Below, piece after piece: positions 44,353 to 59,935 of a DNA stretch of 64,000 nucleotides (position 1 is its first letter; the number at the start of each line of letters is the position of its first letter). The stretch comes from Nemertoderma westbladi (Eukaryota > Animalia > Xenacoelomorpha). The position numbers and the translations under genes were made by a program. The DNA lies in the NCBI GenBank assembly GCA_032718475.1, contig JAUCBJ010001165.1:13460-77459 (forward strand), read 5' to 3'. Below the pieces are notes generated by a model. The model did no database searches, was not told the DNA's origin, and worked only from the letters and a program-made list of their open reading frames with translations.

Positions 44353-47300
44353 TTAGTCTTTCTTGCGTGGACGGCGTTTACGCAGTTTTTTAAAGCTAGC
44401 CAGAGTCTTTTTCTCTTTGGGGCGAGCCACTTTACAAGGAGGGCTATAACTCCTAGGTGAAGGGTGCAATATAATTGCATCAGAAGGTGCAGGATTGTGG
44501 TCGGTGTATCCTCCGGTTGAAGTGCCTGGTAGGTTGACATCAACTTCGGGGGACTGGGGTCTAACGGCCTTTAGAGCGCGTTTTAGGATGGCTGCTCTTA
44601 TGGGTCCTTTACGAGTGGTCTGAACGGAAGCCGTGGGTGGACCATAGGCCGTCAGAAACTGCCTTGGTTTAATGGTTCTTTCCAACTCGCGTTTGCGGGC
44701 TCGATATTCGTAAGGCCGCCGATATACTTCTTGTAACTCAGGATGTGAGTTAACGAATAATTCTCCACAGTCCGGGTCGCGATGGATAAAATTAATTAAG
44801 TGATAGGAACGAATATCACTGGGATTAACTCTTCTGAGGAATTTGCGCACAAACTTAGTCGAAATGCATTCTCCGACGCGCTTCAGTAGTTTGTAACTCG
44901 GTATGCGTGCTTTCTCTTCGACAGAAGCGAATAGGTAAGGATGGAACGCATAAACTCCTTCGTAAGCGCGTCCAGGGTAGTAGCGATGACGTGAGTTACA
45001 ATGCAAGTCAGCATTCGCTTCCCAAGCTCTGATATAACGGAGTGTAATCAATTCATCTACACTTTCTAAATCGTTATTAAATGGACAATCAAAGCTGGCG
45101 TGTCCTTTCAGTTGACAATGGTGGCATTGCGTCATAAATTGGGGACAGACTGCAAAATGTGCGAACTATTGAGTCGACAATAGGCACAGTAAATTTCCAT
45201 TGACGGTTGTTCGTGGAAATAAGAACATGGGACGTTCGTGTCCATGGGCGTAATATGGTCTCTAGATGCGCATAACCGACAACGCTGTCGATCAACATAG
45301 TTGGCATGGCGATAATCGTACGCAGTGAGACACTGTGGACCTTGATACCATTCTAGAATGTAATCGTTGTCGTTGTTCCGGGGCGTGGTAGGTTGAATCT
45401 CCTCGGATTCTAGACATATTGGTTCGTCTTCCCAGTGCATAGCTGAGGTGGGCATAGCTGTCTCTTCCGGGGAACCTACTGTTTGAATTTCCACGACAGA
45501 ATAACCTGTGGTGATTCGAGGTCTTTGAATAACAGAGGAATGTAAATTCGATGTACAAATATCCTTAAAAATGGCAAATCCAGCACTATCTAACTTCTCA
45601 GAGGCTGAGTTTCTTAGGCTGAGTTTGGTCAATGCGCGGTCTTTAAATTGGCTATCCACGTTACGAAACGGTGTTAGAAATCGTCGGAAACATTCAAAGC
45701 GGATGAATTTATTATGTTCATCTAGCTTAGCGAGTTTGGTCCCAAGTACTAATGGATGGGCGCGTATAGTACGACTGCACACATCGGCTAGCCAACCGGA
45801 AAGTGCGGTGTTTACAAAGATCGTGTAGATAGCTAAGGAGGGACGGAGTGGAACACTCATGAAGCTATACACGGCGCCAGGTGCGGTCAATGGTCCGTCA
45901 AAGTATAATCGGGAATAATGGTCTCCATATACTTGTTGATAGTTTATGGGATTTCCAACTTTGAAATTCCATCCGTATTCCTGAAAGGCAAGATGTCCGA
46001 TGGAAGTTTGTTGAACTTTGGTAATGTTGCTAGACGTATTAGCATACATGGTGCGGAAGAAACCTCGGCCTTCGGCCCAGGGGGCAATTAACTGCGTATC
46101 CACGAAAGGATATGGTATATCCTCCATATTCCGAAAGTCGTTTTGGAGATCGCCATAAACAGCGGAACCGATTTTAAGGATTCTTTCGTTGAACAACATC
46201 TCGAGCACGGGCTGTGGTAACATCGATCCATCGATACCCATGGCCGGTTTGCGTTTGGTGTCAATGACATAACGCTGCGCAAGTACGAATTGACCATGTC
46301 GGAGATTCTTTTGTGTTTCAGTGAGAGTTTCAAAAGAATAATCAATCACGTCGGAACACGCTCGAGTAAACACGTGGGTAGAACCGGCTAATCCGCGTAT
46401 GTGGATCATGCATGTGGTTCCTAATTCTCCGACAGGAACGCTGCCTTCATTATCGTATGTGACGACTCCATACATCTCAATGATATTAAGAGTTTCATTC
46501 CACTCTTTTGTAGCGTTCTCGAGGGTCATCCCTACTGGATGCCACAAGGTGGCGCATTGGTTAGCGTCAGGGAGATCACTATACTTCAGGGATTGAGTGT
46601 TACACGTCTCCATATTTCCATGTCTTTGTATTCTCTCTTCCTCGAATAATACGTCGAGATTCCAATGGACTAATCGAGTTTTAATGAATCCATCGAGGTT
46701 ATAGGGAGGTGTTGCCTCATTCTCAATTCTAGAGATGTTATATGGTTTTCTAAATGAGTTTACCTTTACTAACTGATCCAGATGTTTCTGTAATTGCTCG
46801 AGTTCGACAATGTCTAGAGGATTTATTAACGGTAGAAACTTTAAGTTATGCGTTGGATCTTCCGGTTTTATCAGATAATATTGAGTCAGATTAACTTAAT
46901 AAGGGTGGTCTTTAATCCCATAAAACGAGTTCGTTAAAGGTCTAGCGTGTATGTTGACATCGTGTACCATACGACGGACAAGATCCGCTCGATTGTCCGG
47001 AGGTTCAACGAGGATACCGTCAACACGAGCAGCTTCGATCGGCGGACGCTGTAACATGGGGGCGTCTGCGATAAGATCGTGTGATCCTATACTGATATCA
47101 ACCGGTTGGGGTTGTGCCGTCGCAAAGAGTTTGTCTCCGAAATGGGGAATCATCGAGGGGTGACGGATGGTTTTAGAGTAGAGATCCGTCATAAGGATTT
47201 GGGCTTCGGGTTGGGCTAAAGCGGCTTCTTCCCTCTCGTCCATTTCCATATGTTTCTTTTCGAGTTGGTTCTCCTCCGCTTGTTGTTGCAGACGCTCATC

Positions 47301-48605
47301 CAGAAACTCCTGTAGGGAATACGTGCGTCCAAGCTCGATATCTTCCTCCAGGTTTTGGATTTCTCGATCAAACTGTGGTAAGGCTAACTCCTTCACCGCT
47401 TGGACTTGTTGCCGTAATTTACGTTTCTCTAAGCAATCCTGTGTTCCCTTCCCGATTTTCTGTCAAATAGCGTCTAAAGCATTTCTTATAACGCTCTCCT
47501 CGACTTCCGTGGCAGGTTGCATCGGGGTTAATCCGGGACGGTTGTAAGGATTAAATGGCGATGTCAGATGCCCGTGTCCCAATCCGGCTAAGTAGGATGG
47601 GCGAATGTCTAAAGAACCCACTACCGGAGTACCACTTATTAATTGCTCGGGTAACACTAAATCTTTGAACAGAGAATATAGTTCGGGAGGATCAGTAATA
47701 CTGTTAGGATCAAGAGTTTGAGGTCTCACCGGGGAATGAGGAGGCCTGACCGAGTATTCCGGAACTCTGATCATGGGTTTATTTAGTGATCGTTTGAGGC
47801 GAGCGATCGTGGGTGATACATCGAACAGGTTTTGCTCGAAACTCCCGTACGTATAACGCGTAAAACTGTGTTTAGCGCAACGTCTCCGCGGATGTTTATG
47901 TCTTTCCGTTTGTTGGTTGGGTCTAGGGCATTCGTCACAATAATACCAAAGACGTACGTCTTGGAGAGGAAACGCGGGTGATCATTCTCCAGTTTTACAA
48001 TATTCCTCCATTTGTTCAAAGCTATCGGGAACAACGGGTAGTGGACGATCGGCGGTGAGATACATCATAGTGAAATAGAGTCGTTTGAGTTCTACCATAG
48101 GGTCATGATGTACACCTTGAGGATATCGAGTCTCTAGGTTCTGTTGACTGGCAATATTGAGATAGGTTTCTCTCAAAAATTCCAGGTAGTCGTTGAAGTC
48201 GATACGTTTATCTGGTTCCTCAATGTTTTCTCTTTCAAGTCGGTTGCGAATGGAGTTCTTGTGATCTATTCTAGGTTTATCATTACGACTCCGCTGAGTA
48301 TGATACTTAAATAAAACCATTTCCCTTTCGGTGTCTACATCGTCAGTATCATGTAAATCTATAGGGTGACCGGTAGTTAGGAAGTCCATATATGTACCAT
48401 TACGATGTGTATAGCGAGCCGTGAATTTTCTATAGTCCAATTCATGCGTGAGTTGCTCTTGAAACATCGGCGGTTCAATATAACGACCATCATCTTCCGT
48501 AGTAGTGGGATCGGGTTCACCACTTATCAAGCTATCCACAAACGCTTGTAAAGGTAGAGTATATCGCTCCCTGATACCAAGGTCATCTTCTATCAGCTCC
48601 GTCAT
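44353..48605 (-). pseudogene. Extra ORF (ORF3) of element C, full length but broken by stops and a frameshift
   Basis: ORFs 47982-48605, 47463-47774, 46896-47396, 45132-46613 and 44353-45135 tile B ORF3; the exonuclease-like domain is uninterrupted in 45132-46613. Confidence 0.92.
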
Positions 48606-50070
48606 ATCTGCTGTCGGAGTTTATTAATGTTACAACGAGTTTATATTGTATATTTTAGGCGAGCGGGCGTCGCTGCCTAACACTCTCGGCCCCCCGGACA
48701 GTGGGATCCTCAGCGCCGATGTACCGCTGTCGCAGTGTTTACGCCAACGTTGTAGCAACAGCACGACAACGATAACCGGCACAAGTCACTCCACTGTCCG
48801 TCCCAAAGGCTTGGATCCACTTGAGGTTCTTTATATGAGAGTTAGGTCTACTTTACAATTGCGACTAGCTAAGTAGCTAGTACTGTAAACACACTTTAGT
48901 AGCAACATTCACCTACAACACACAAATTCCACACAACTGTCACCAATTATAAGCATACAGGCCATTTGTCCGTTAGTCAATGCCTTCCAGAATGTCACGT
49001 TGTTATTGCGTATCCTTGGATACTAAACAGTGTGCTATGTAATCTCTATACTAGGCAATGGGGCAAGCCTTTTATTGTTCTTTTAACTCGCATCTAATTC
49101 TAGCGTGGGTGTTGCTATGGTGACATTATGGAAAGCTAGTGGTAGAATTAGGGTAATTCTCATGCATACAGATCTGGGATGCTATTTAATAGTAATTCTT
49201 TGATTGTCAATATCCTCTTTATGCATGATTGTATGAATTTTATCGGCTATTGACTATATGTTGGAGATTTTCGCACTCTAATACACTCAATAGGATAAAT
49301 CTCCGCTCCCGTGATCTATTAATTAATGGAATTTTGGGAATGTTATAAATTGCATAAAATGACAATTTATGAAATTCATTTAAGATATGAATTTAAATTT
49401 ATTCCCGTGAATTTTATTATTTGATGGTAAAAGTGACATAATTTTATTCCAGAAATTTTCTGGGGACGTTAACCACTGCTTCTAGAATTTGTCTTTCAAG
49501 TATATCGGTGGATGCCGCGATATCTTAATCGACTAGAATTACAGATGGTCAAAGGTGTAACAGATTTATTTGCGTTTTACGCTACTGTTAGAGGGACATC
49601 ACGCTACTATAGGTATTATTTAATATAAGGTAGAAGAGCAATATCGCACGAAGCAATGTCAGTGTGAAGAGGCAAGTCGTTTCCAAGGTCTACCCAGAGC
49701 TTGGTTTAGCCGAGACACGAGGATCTGAACTTTGCATTCCTAATACTCTGCCTACCAATAATACCTAAATATAGTAGGAGCTTTATTGTACTTTTAATAA
49801 GTACGGACATGTAATCTTACTATAGTCTCGCATTTATAATATAATACGGACAGTAAGGAAAGAGAAAAGAATTATTTCTCGCCGTCGCACTAGATATATT
49901 ATGTAATTACGTAATAAACACTAATATATTGCAATAATCTACTAAATAATCTAAATAACATTCCACTAAATAAAATTAAATAAAACGATTATAATAAAGT
50001 ACATAATAATATTTACATATAAAATAGAATAAAATAGATAAATAATAGTCATACACCCACTCCATACGCG

Positions 50071-53000
50071 TTACGGCGGGGAGTCCCTAGATGTTTGAGG
50101 AATTAGGGAGGTGGTCGTGGGAAGAGTGTCTTGCCTTCCATAGTTTCCGGAGAGTTCTCTGTCTCTTTCCAGTAAACATAAACGACCAACTGGGCAATTG
50201 AGTTGTTGCGTCTCAAAGATTATGCCGGGTTTCTTGAAGTTACGCCGCATGACGACGAGTTCTACTGAGCGCACTAAACCATCCTCCGAGATGTGCGTCT
50301 CGATGATACGACCTGTCTGCCACCGTCTACGTGGAAGGTCCGGATCTACAATAAGCACCATGTCTCCGGCGCTGACATTTTCCTGCTGCGCAAACCACTT
50401 AGTTCGAAGTTGTAGCGTGGGCAGATAATGTTTCTCAAAATGGTCAGCGAAACGACGGGATAGCAACTGCATAAGTTGCCAAGTTCGACGGCAATATTCG
50501 TCTCCGTCGGCGATCTCTGATCGTGGGAGCATGGCTACAGGTTTCTTTAGTAGGAAGTGCGCGGGTGTTAGCGCTTCCAGGGAATCGGGACTCGATGAGA
50601 CTGTCATGAGCGGTCTCTCGTTGAGATAGGCAGCGATTTCCTCCATTAAAGTCCGCAAAAGTTCGTCGGTGAGATACGCACGGCACGGCACTATAAAGTG
50701 AAATGCGGTCTTAACACTTCTGATTAATCTCTCCCAACTTCCTCCCCACCAGGGGGCGTCGGCGGCGTTGAAGGTCTAGCTAGACGCGGTTATTCTTAGC
50801 TGATCGTCCACCTGTCTTTGATTCCAGTCCTTTACGTAAGCCTGAATTTCGTTGTTGGCACCAATGAAGTTCGTTCCCTTATCAGATCTCATCGTGTTGC
50901 TAGTTCCGAAACGAGCGATTTGTCGTCGTAAACATAAGACAAAGCTGTTAGTAGATAGATCGTTCACCATATCGAGATGGATAGCTCTACAAGTCATGCA
51001 TACGAAGATGACACACCATATCTTGACTATAGTCCTAGCACGATATACTTCAATAGGGCCAAATAAATCTACACCAGTATTAGTAAAGGGTGGTTCATAA
51101 AAGCTTACTCGTTCCCTAGGTAATTCTGCCTCTCGCTGTGTTAAAGGCCTACTGAATGCTTTCCTACAAGGTATGCAGTTCCTAAGAACTTGGTTCAGAG
51201 CTCTACGGGGTTTATAGAAATAATAGCGAGTTCGAATTTCGCTAAGAACTCATTCTCTACCAGCATGATAAAGTTTACTGTGAACATCTACAATCATCTT
51301 GATTTGTACTTCAAGATTTCTAATGAGTATGGGGAATTTAGTGTCAAAGGATAATGGCGCATTAGTCAGCCTTCCTCCAACACGTATTAACCCATCTATC
51401 ATTGTGCTAGAGAAGCGATCCCTTAAGCGCATCTGTGGATTTCTTAACAACAGGAAATACTTATCGGAATCCTCGTAGCATTGCAGGAGTCGCAGTATCT
51501 GTTTATTGGCTTCTTCATGCTCCTGGTAACTGATCTTTTCTTTTAGAAACCGATCGGGTATTTTATATTTAGGTAGATCCTTAATAACATGAACTTGGAC
51601 TGATGTTAATGGAGCAGTATCATTAGTGGTCTTCGTCCTGGAATAACGATGATGAAAACATCGCTTTAGATATGCGACGGCCTTACAGAGCCGATTCCAT
51701 GAACTGTAATGATGTATTGCTCGCTGCAGCAGGGTTGAGATTCCTTGCGAGACGTCTGGTATTCCAGATTTCCAATCTCTATCCTTAATTTCCACAACAG
51801 ACTTGTTTGTGACGAGGGATTGTGGATCCGAAGCATCATTTCCGGAAGCATGTAATACAGATAGATCGATCGTTGGTTTAAATAACTTCGATTTGCTTGC
51901 TCGGGTTTTAGGTTTTACCTTTTCCGCTCCCTTGGCTTGTCTGATCTCCGCTGTAGTAAGGTGAGGAGGCCATTCATCTTCTTCCTTGCTCAGGAAGTCG
52001 GGTCCACCCAACCAGTCTGGAGTATCTATCAGTTCCTGTGGAGTTGCTCCTCTGGAAGCGATGTCGGCTGGATTAATCGTACCAGGGCAGTGCCTCCATT
52101 GATCTATCGTTGTTCGACTAAGGATAATGGCCACTCTGTTGGTAACAAAGACGCTGAACTGACAGACTTCATTGGTTATATACTCCAACACGAGCAAAGC
52201 GTCGGTCCAATAAACAGTTTTCTCCAGTGGATAATCGATCTGTTCCGTGACATTCCGTCCGATGGCTGTAGCATAGATAGCCGCTTTTAACTCCGCTCGA
52301 GGAACCTTCAACTTGTTGTTAATCAATGCCTTAGAAGTGACCAAGGCGACCTTGATTCCATCCGGGGTTTTGACTCGAAGGTATGCTACTATTCCTATTC
52401 CCATATCACTAGCGTCTCCAAACACATGGAGTTGATAGGAATACGTAGGGAGAACATGACCAAAATATGAACGGGGAATTATAAAACTCTCGATGGCAGG
52501 TAGAGAATCTTCCCATTTCATCCATTTCTTTAACAGTTCTCCCGTAAGTGGATCGTCCCATGAGTGGTTTTCAAGCCACATTTGTTGTACTAAACTCCGA
52601 GCAATCAATATGACTGGGCTAATAAATCCCAATGGGTCGAAATAAGTGCTCAGGATACTTAGACAAATCCGTTTGGTCCAAACTGGATTCTCTCGCTGTT
52701 TTAGCTGAAAAAACAGGATATCTCTCTCCGTGTCCCACTTCAAGCCAAGCGTCTTGGTTTCTGAAAGATCATCTTTTATTAGGTCGAGGTCTTTTGTTCC
52801 TTGGTCTTCTACCGGTATCGCTTCCAGAAACTCACGGGAGTTGCTGGTGAATTTCGTCAGTCGAAATCCACCTCTTTTCAAACACTCTACCGTTCCTTTC
52901 GCGACATCAATGGCTTCTTTTACCGATGGAAGGGACTTTAAATTGTCGTCCATGTATATGTCTTTTTTGATGTTGTCAATCACCTCTTTGGAGAAGGCGT

Positions 53001-56000
53001 CTCGGTTGTCATCCGCAGTGGTCCGTACCACGGAGCAGGCGTTTGAAGGACTGGATATGATCCCAAAAGCCTGGATGGTCATCCAGTACTCCTCTGGTTT
53101 CTGTTTGAGGTCGCCTTCAGGCCACCATAGAAACCTTAGACTGTCTCTATCTCTATCTAGCGCCTTGACCTGTAAGAACATGCCTTCTATAGTGGAGGCG
53201 AACGCGATGGAATATTGTCTTAATCTGAGAAGTATTCCCAACAAAGATTGGAGCAAGTTGGGTCCTGGTAACAACTCGGAATTGAGAGATTGACCCATAT
53301 ATAGAGCAGAGCCATCGAATACAACTCGTACTTCATGTGGTTTACCGGGTTTGGGAACATAATGATGCGTTAGATAGTATGTTCTCTCTGTTATAGGTGT
53401 TTCTTCCGGTACTCGTTCTGCATAACCTTTGTCGATAAATTTCTTCAACTGCGTTTGGTACATTTCTCTAGCTGAAGCATTTGCTGTAAGGCGTCGATGT
53501 AATTGAGCAATTCTTTTCTCTGCCAAGGGTCGGTTGTTTATAAATCTAGGTTCTCGTTTTTGAAATGGTAGACCGATTTCATATCTACCTTGATCTTTTA
53601 GAAAACGTGTAGTTGTCTCCTGGATTTGCTTGGCTCTTTCTTCTTCTATTGATAGAGCCTTATCGTATGAATTGGGTTCTACCAACTCTTGTGTAAAGAA
53701 TCGTACGGCGAGTTCGTCCCGGGTTCTAGCGTTGTAACGCTCTATCTCGTCATTTAGTTCATTATTGTATTCAATGGGTCCCGATGGGCGAATCAGTTGA
53801 CATAAAGTTCGCTGATCGTTCCATGATTTATTTTCGGTTAGTAGGTCGATTGTGTTCTCTTCCTCGAAGAGTTGATATATGTCGTCATTATCTGAGGAGT
53901 ATGGTGTTCCCTCAGTGGGTTCGTCCACCTCACTGCTCTCCTCTTCCCAATCCTTTACTTGAAGTAGCCGGTCTTGTGGCAATCTTTCTTCAAGAGTTCT
54001 GCGGGAAGGGCCAGTAAAGTACCAACCTACTCTAGTTCTTACCGCATAAGTTTGTAATGGCTGCGGTTGAGCAGGCCGTTTCTCCAATGTCTTGAGCGCC
54101 TCATGCGCGTTTTGGCCGATGAGGATTTGCACTCCAGGATAATCTGTTTGGAATCGAGGTATCTCCAGATGTTGGATGCTCTCGTCCTCGTCCCAGTTAT
54201 AAGGTTCTACTTGGGTAGTGGCGAAGTTCTTTATTGCCACCATTTTTACTGACCTTATACTTTGTTCTCCTAATTTATCCTGTGGAGTGGACAACGCACC
54301 TAAATAGTAATCTACTGCTATGGTAGATTTCCAAACCTGCATAATTCCGGACATATTTAACTTGGTTCGGAATTTGGGTTGTCCAGCAAAGATATCCTCG
54401 GCTAATTCTTTGTCGATGAATGTTCCGGTGCTTCCGGAGTCAAGGAGGGCGTTCACTATGTAACTTTTGTTAGGACCGTGAACTCTTACCTGTACTACCG
54501 GAAATTCTCGTATTCCTACGTTGGAGGTTGGAGCTTTCCAAGATGGTTGTCTGTCAAAGGTGGTTAGGGGAAACTCCGTGTCGGTGTCCTCTTCATATGT
54601 AAGTGCTCGATACACTGTGGTATTTATTAGATAACAGGATTCGTTGGCATCGGAGAATTCGTCCGTATAGAATCCTTCCCACTCAGAACCTTGGTCAGTG
54701 TCGTTCACATCACTGAATTGGACATGTAATTCGGGCTAACTTACCTGACTCGGGTGGTTCCGTTCGAATTCACTGTGTAACAAGACGTGATGTTTCGCAC
54801 CGCACTTTGCACACTTTATGTCGGAGTAACAGGTTCGCCGTTGGTGTCCTTGTCTGAGGCAATTATAACATAGCCGCTTATCCCACACGACTTCTCGTCT
54901 GGCTACTAGGGATTTCTTAAGGAATTCAGCACACGCACTCAAACGGTGGGGCCCATCGCACAGCACACAGTTTGGCTTGATGTTGCTCACTTTACCTTGG
55001 GTAATGTTATGTACCTTCGCTCGTTCTTCGGACTTTCTGACCTGAATTCTGTTGGGAGACTGAGGAGGGGTCTTGGTAACCTTGTCTCTCCTATCATTTG
55101 TTCGAGGCTTGTATTTACTTACATCTCTCTGAGTTTTGTTAACATAGTAAGAGTGGTCAGTGTCTTTTCCGCTGTCCTCTTCTTGAGAAGCTTGGCTTTC
55201 GCCGTCGTCAGTATACATACTGGGTTTACCCTTCTCCTAGTAACTGGTTTCTCACTTACCTTATTTTCCGATGTTTTTTCTCTAGACTGCTTTATGAGTT
55301 GTAGTTTGACCTCACCGTCTAGGAATGACATGAGATCAGCCATGGTAGGGCTCCGTCGTTGTTGCTCCATCATATACAACACTTTCTTGTCCCAGCGAGT
55401 ACATACTCCACCCTTTGGTAAAGTAGAGACTATGGCTCCAATAACCATAGAACTCTGATATTCATGAGACTTACCTAACCAATCCAATTGTCGGCAGATC
55501 TCTTGAATCTCATCGGAAAACTCTATAATCTCGTTACTAAGGAACTTTCGGGGAGCTACTAATTTTGCATACAAATACTTAGCGATGTTATCCTTATTAC
55601 CATACCTGGTGTTTAATGTATCCCAAACTTGTCTTAATCCATTTGGATGTCCAATAAACTTCAACGCCATTAACTTGGGAGGTCCTTCCAAACATTTGAT
55701 GAGGAATCTCAGTTTCTCTCCGCTAGATAGTACAGAATTCTGTATACTATCTTCGTTTTCATTAAAATGTAACCATTTCATCTCGTCTCCATTGAATTTG
55801 ACGATTTCTCCCACTTTGACCGCTTGGCGGGCTTCTGTTCTAGCCATCTGACGCGTAAAGCTTTCTTGGGCCATCGTGTTATTTAATATCGAATTATCGG
55901 TATATAAATTTCTCGGATTATTATCAGGTCTATAGGGAATATCATTACAAACAGGTTTATAATCACCCTTAATAGGGTTTGCTATAGGAGTTTCTACTTC

Positions 56001-58205
56001 GCTAGCAGTATAGATGCGTGTAGGCTCCACACCTTGCGCATGAAATACTTCAGGCCTAACAGGTTGACACATTGTTACAGGGGGTGTTAGTATGCCCCTT
56101 TTTACATTTACTAATTTATCGCGTTCTAGCGCGATACTTTGCTGCACTTCTTGCAGCTCTAACCTACTTTCCCTGACAGTTCCCTTGAACTGGTGGATCG
56201 TCTCCTGCATCTGTCCGAGCAGGACATTCATCCCCTTCCGTCCCTCCTCCACCCACTCGACCGCCGAAGCGGGAGTCGCCAACGTTGTGGCGGGCGGACG
56301 AGGGACTACGGGCGACCAATCCATTCGCTCGGAGTCCATGACAGGAACCATTTCAGGGGCTGTTCTACTAGGCACAGATAGTTTCGTGCTGTGTAAAGGG
56401 AATTTAGAGGTTGCTCCCTGGAATACAGGTGTCTCTAGCACCGAAGTGGTGGCTTCGAGAACAGGCCTAATTATTTCAGGTTCATCCGTTATAGTAGGGA
56501 GTCTACTTACAGTAACAATTCGGTCTGTGGGTCCTGTACTACTTACGGCTGTGCTAGCTAGTTGTCTTCTAACAGCTGGAGGTAAATCAGGCAATTTCTG
56601 ACGGGGAGACGTTCTTTTACGCCTACTTAGACGAGATCTCTTTCCTTCACCTTCAGGGTCGGTGGTGTTTCCTTCTTCAGATGATGTATAACCTTGTCTT
56701 TTGGAAGTAGATCGACTCATCATCTGCATGCGACTATCCGTTAACCGTTTATTTATACTATCTTGACTTTCCTGAATATTTTCCAACGCTAGCTGGGCAA
56801 TCTCGCCAGACGCTCTCCTTTCAGCTTCTGCTAATGCATCCGCCGCTTTTCTTTCTGCCTCTGCCACTGCAGCTTTTCTTTCTGCCTCTGCCGCCTTTCT
56901 TTCTGTTTCTACCGCCTTTCTTTCTGCTTCTACCGCCTTTCTTTCTGCTTCTGCCTCCTTTCTTTCTGCTTCTGCCTCCGCTGCCCTTTTTGCCGCTTCC
57001 ACTGCCGCTGCCGCTTTTGTCGCTGCTTCTGCCTTTCGGTCCTCTATCTGTTTTTTCTTGACTTGTTCTTCCTGGGCTCTAGCGATGCGGAGTTGTTCAT
57101 CAAATTTAGCTTGGTTTGCAGCTAACATTTCAGTATCAATTGCATCCAACACGTGCTTGGTTCCTTCACTATTAGGGGAAAGTCCAGCCAGCCGTCTTCT
57201 CAACTCCTCGTCTCCTAGGAATCTCTGATAGTCTGACAGATAGATATCAATGTCATCTCTCGGTCGCGGTCTCTCTGCTGTCACTTCACTTTCCACTTGA
57301 GAAAAGGTGGCATCGGTTGATTCTTCGTAGGTTGGTCGCTCAGCCAACCGGGATTTCCACTGGGCTGTTTCTTGAACTTTGAGACCTACCCGCTGGAACC
57401 AAGTCTTGACAGCAACTTGCAGCGACGTGTCCTGCCTTCTTTTGGAAGTTTCCTCAAAGGCCGATAGGATCAGTCTAATGCGTAGGGTTCTTTCTTGTAC
57501 TTGATAAAGCAGCTCTTCCTGCTCTTGAGGTCCTTTTGGTTGTCGAAACAGTTGTTCTTCTAGTCTCTCTAAGGAGCCGAAGAATCCCTGCACATATCCT
57601 GCTGCCAACCTCTTCCAAACAGCAGGATCCTTAGTATCTTTAGTCACTCCCATCCGGTATATGTCTTCCCAAGTAGCTTCTGACAAATCTAGCGGAAATC
57701 CGGGTCCGGGAAAGTTCCATTGTGACTCGACAATAGACATCAATTCTTCCCTTGCGTACCCCGCATAACTATCCTGGGTCGATTGCTTATTTCTCGCCCA
57801 ATCGCTTTGGTGTTCCTCCACCGCAATCAAGATCGTAGTTAGTACTGCGGCTGGAAGAGTTAGCAGGGGATCCGAGTAAGCTGTATCCACCATCTTCACT
57901 CCGCGTTCGGGGATCAGCTCTACAGTATCCGAACTACTGGAGCTATCGGGTCGCTTGGAACTAGGTTCTTGACCAAGACGTTGCTGCGATAGGACAGCTG
58001 CCTCTTGGTTCCGTTTGACCTGGGCTCGAGTGCCTATGATAGACCTATGGTGGATTAGCCTAGGGTCTGATACTACTGGAGGAGTGACCTTTCTTTTAGT
58101 AGGAGGTGAACTGAACTCTTTTCTTAAACGTTCCACACTCCTATCCTTGTCACAGATGGTTATATCAAGTAGACTATCTGATAGGTTTTGTTTTGTGTCA
58201 GACAT
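50071..58205 (-). pseudogene. gag-pol of element C, disrupted
   Basis: ORFs 55119-58205, 54736-55218, 51250-54708, 50776-50997 and 50071-50691 tile the 2759-aa protein; frameshift near 55215; stops at 54736, 51250 and 50776. Confidence 0.95.
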
Positions 58206-59379
58206 ATTTAGTTATACAGTTGAATGCCTACTGCTATAGTTACAGTTAAAGCAATTCTAGTAATTCAGTAGGACTGTTGGCCTAGTACCGGTAATTAATT
58301 ACAATATATTAGGATACCGGTATACACTTATAATATATATAAGTATTGCAGACTAGGTTTGTCACAGAATACCGGTATATAATTTCAGTGCAAATATATA
58401 CAACTATATAATAAGCCTATTATAGATACCGGTATATCAATTATTTAGGATAATTGAATTTCTGAAATTATAAGGTTACTTGGTTACTTGAGTTTACTCT
58501 ATTACCGTTATTTTAGCAGTAGTCCAACTGATATTAAGACCTAATTGTTGTTTGACAGGCCTACTAGTTTATAAATCTTTTAAGTTGATTTATAATATAT
58601 GTACATATATACCCTGATAAGGGGTTTTGTTACAATATTGAAATAGATGTTACTATTTCCGGGAACAATCACTACACAGAAGCTGTGCGCTCTCAGTGAA
58701 GTGCTACTTATTGGACACTAAAACGAATAATTATACTGGCCTACGTTACTTATCTACTAATTACTTACAATATTGTTGAGATTACAATCTCTAATAAACA
58801 CACGAAAAAACTATACGTACGAATTTTTAGGGTAATTTAACAGGGAAACTAAGAACCAGTCTAACAAAGGGTTAGAACTTCTGGTTATTACAACGGATAG
58901 GATACTACGGTATTTGAAAATAATAAGCAGAATTAAATATACTGCGTTGTCCAGATAGGAAAATACCACCGCCTGACGACCTACAGCCGTATCGCTATAG
59001 GTACTACGTTATGTATCACGGAGTGTTCCTACCTAGAAGTTAATAGAGCTAACGAATGTGCCTATCAACCACTTTACAACACAAATATAATGCCTACACT
59101 AATTACTTTCGGAAAGCACTGTACACTAAACCCTAAATTAGGTACAAGTACTTGTAAAACAGATAACCAGTAGTTAAATATACTTGAACAGTTAAAAGAA
59201 CCACGGCATCTGCTGGAGTGACCGGAGCACAAAATCACCAGTCTTTACCTACGCCAAGCAGCCCGTGTAGTACCGGGGTTAATTTAACTATAACGGTATG
59301 TATAACAAACACAATTACTGTAGGGATAAACTTGGGGACATGAATGTTGCGAGTAATCGCATAAACTCTGAATAATAAA

Positions 59380-59935
59380 TATTACGCTACCCGTACAGAA
59401 TACTCAAATAAAATACAAACCAAAATGCTGGCAGACTACTATCAAGCCTAAACAAACTACAGTATGTGCAGATTCCGAAATTGTTAGTTAGTATGCGTGC
59501 TAATACGGTAGTACGACTTATTCTTTAGCAGGGGGTTGACCTTACTACTACGAGTTGCCCCAACTTACTAACTGGCACTTTATCAGACTTACTCTACACA
59601 CGCAGCAATTCCTTCAGACCCAACAACAGCCAGACAACAATCCAGCCTACAAAATATCTGAATAATATTACAGTACCTGAACAGACTATACAAACAATAC
59701 AGGATAAACGCTGACGGACTACTATCAAGCCTAAATAAACTACAGTATATGCAGATTCCGAAATTGTTAGTTAGTATGCGTGCTAATACGGTAGTACGAC
59801 TTATTCTTTAGCAGGGGGTTGACCTTACAACTACGAGTTGCCCCAACTTACTAACTGGCACTTTATCAGACCAACTCTACACACGCTGTAATCTTCAAGC
59901 CTAACAACAGTCAGACAACAGTCCAGCCTACAATG
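59380..59935. repeat. Two ~283-bp tandem units in the 5' UTR of element C
   Basis: TACTATCAAGCCTAAA at about 59437 and 59720; homologous to the 290-bp unit of A and to 17445-17990 of B. Confidence 0.88.
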
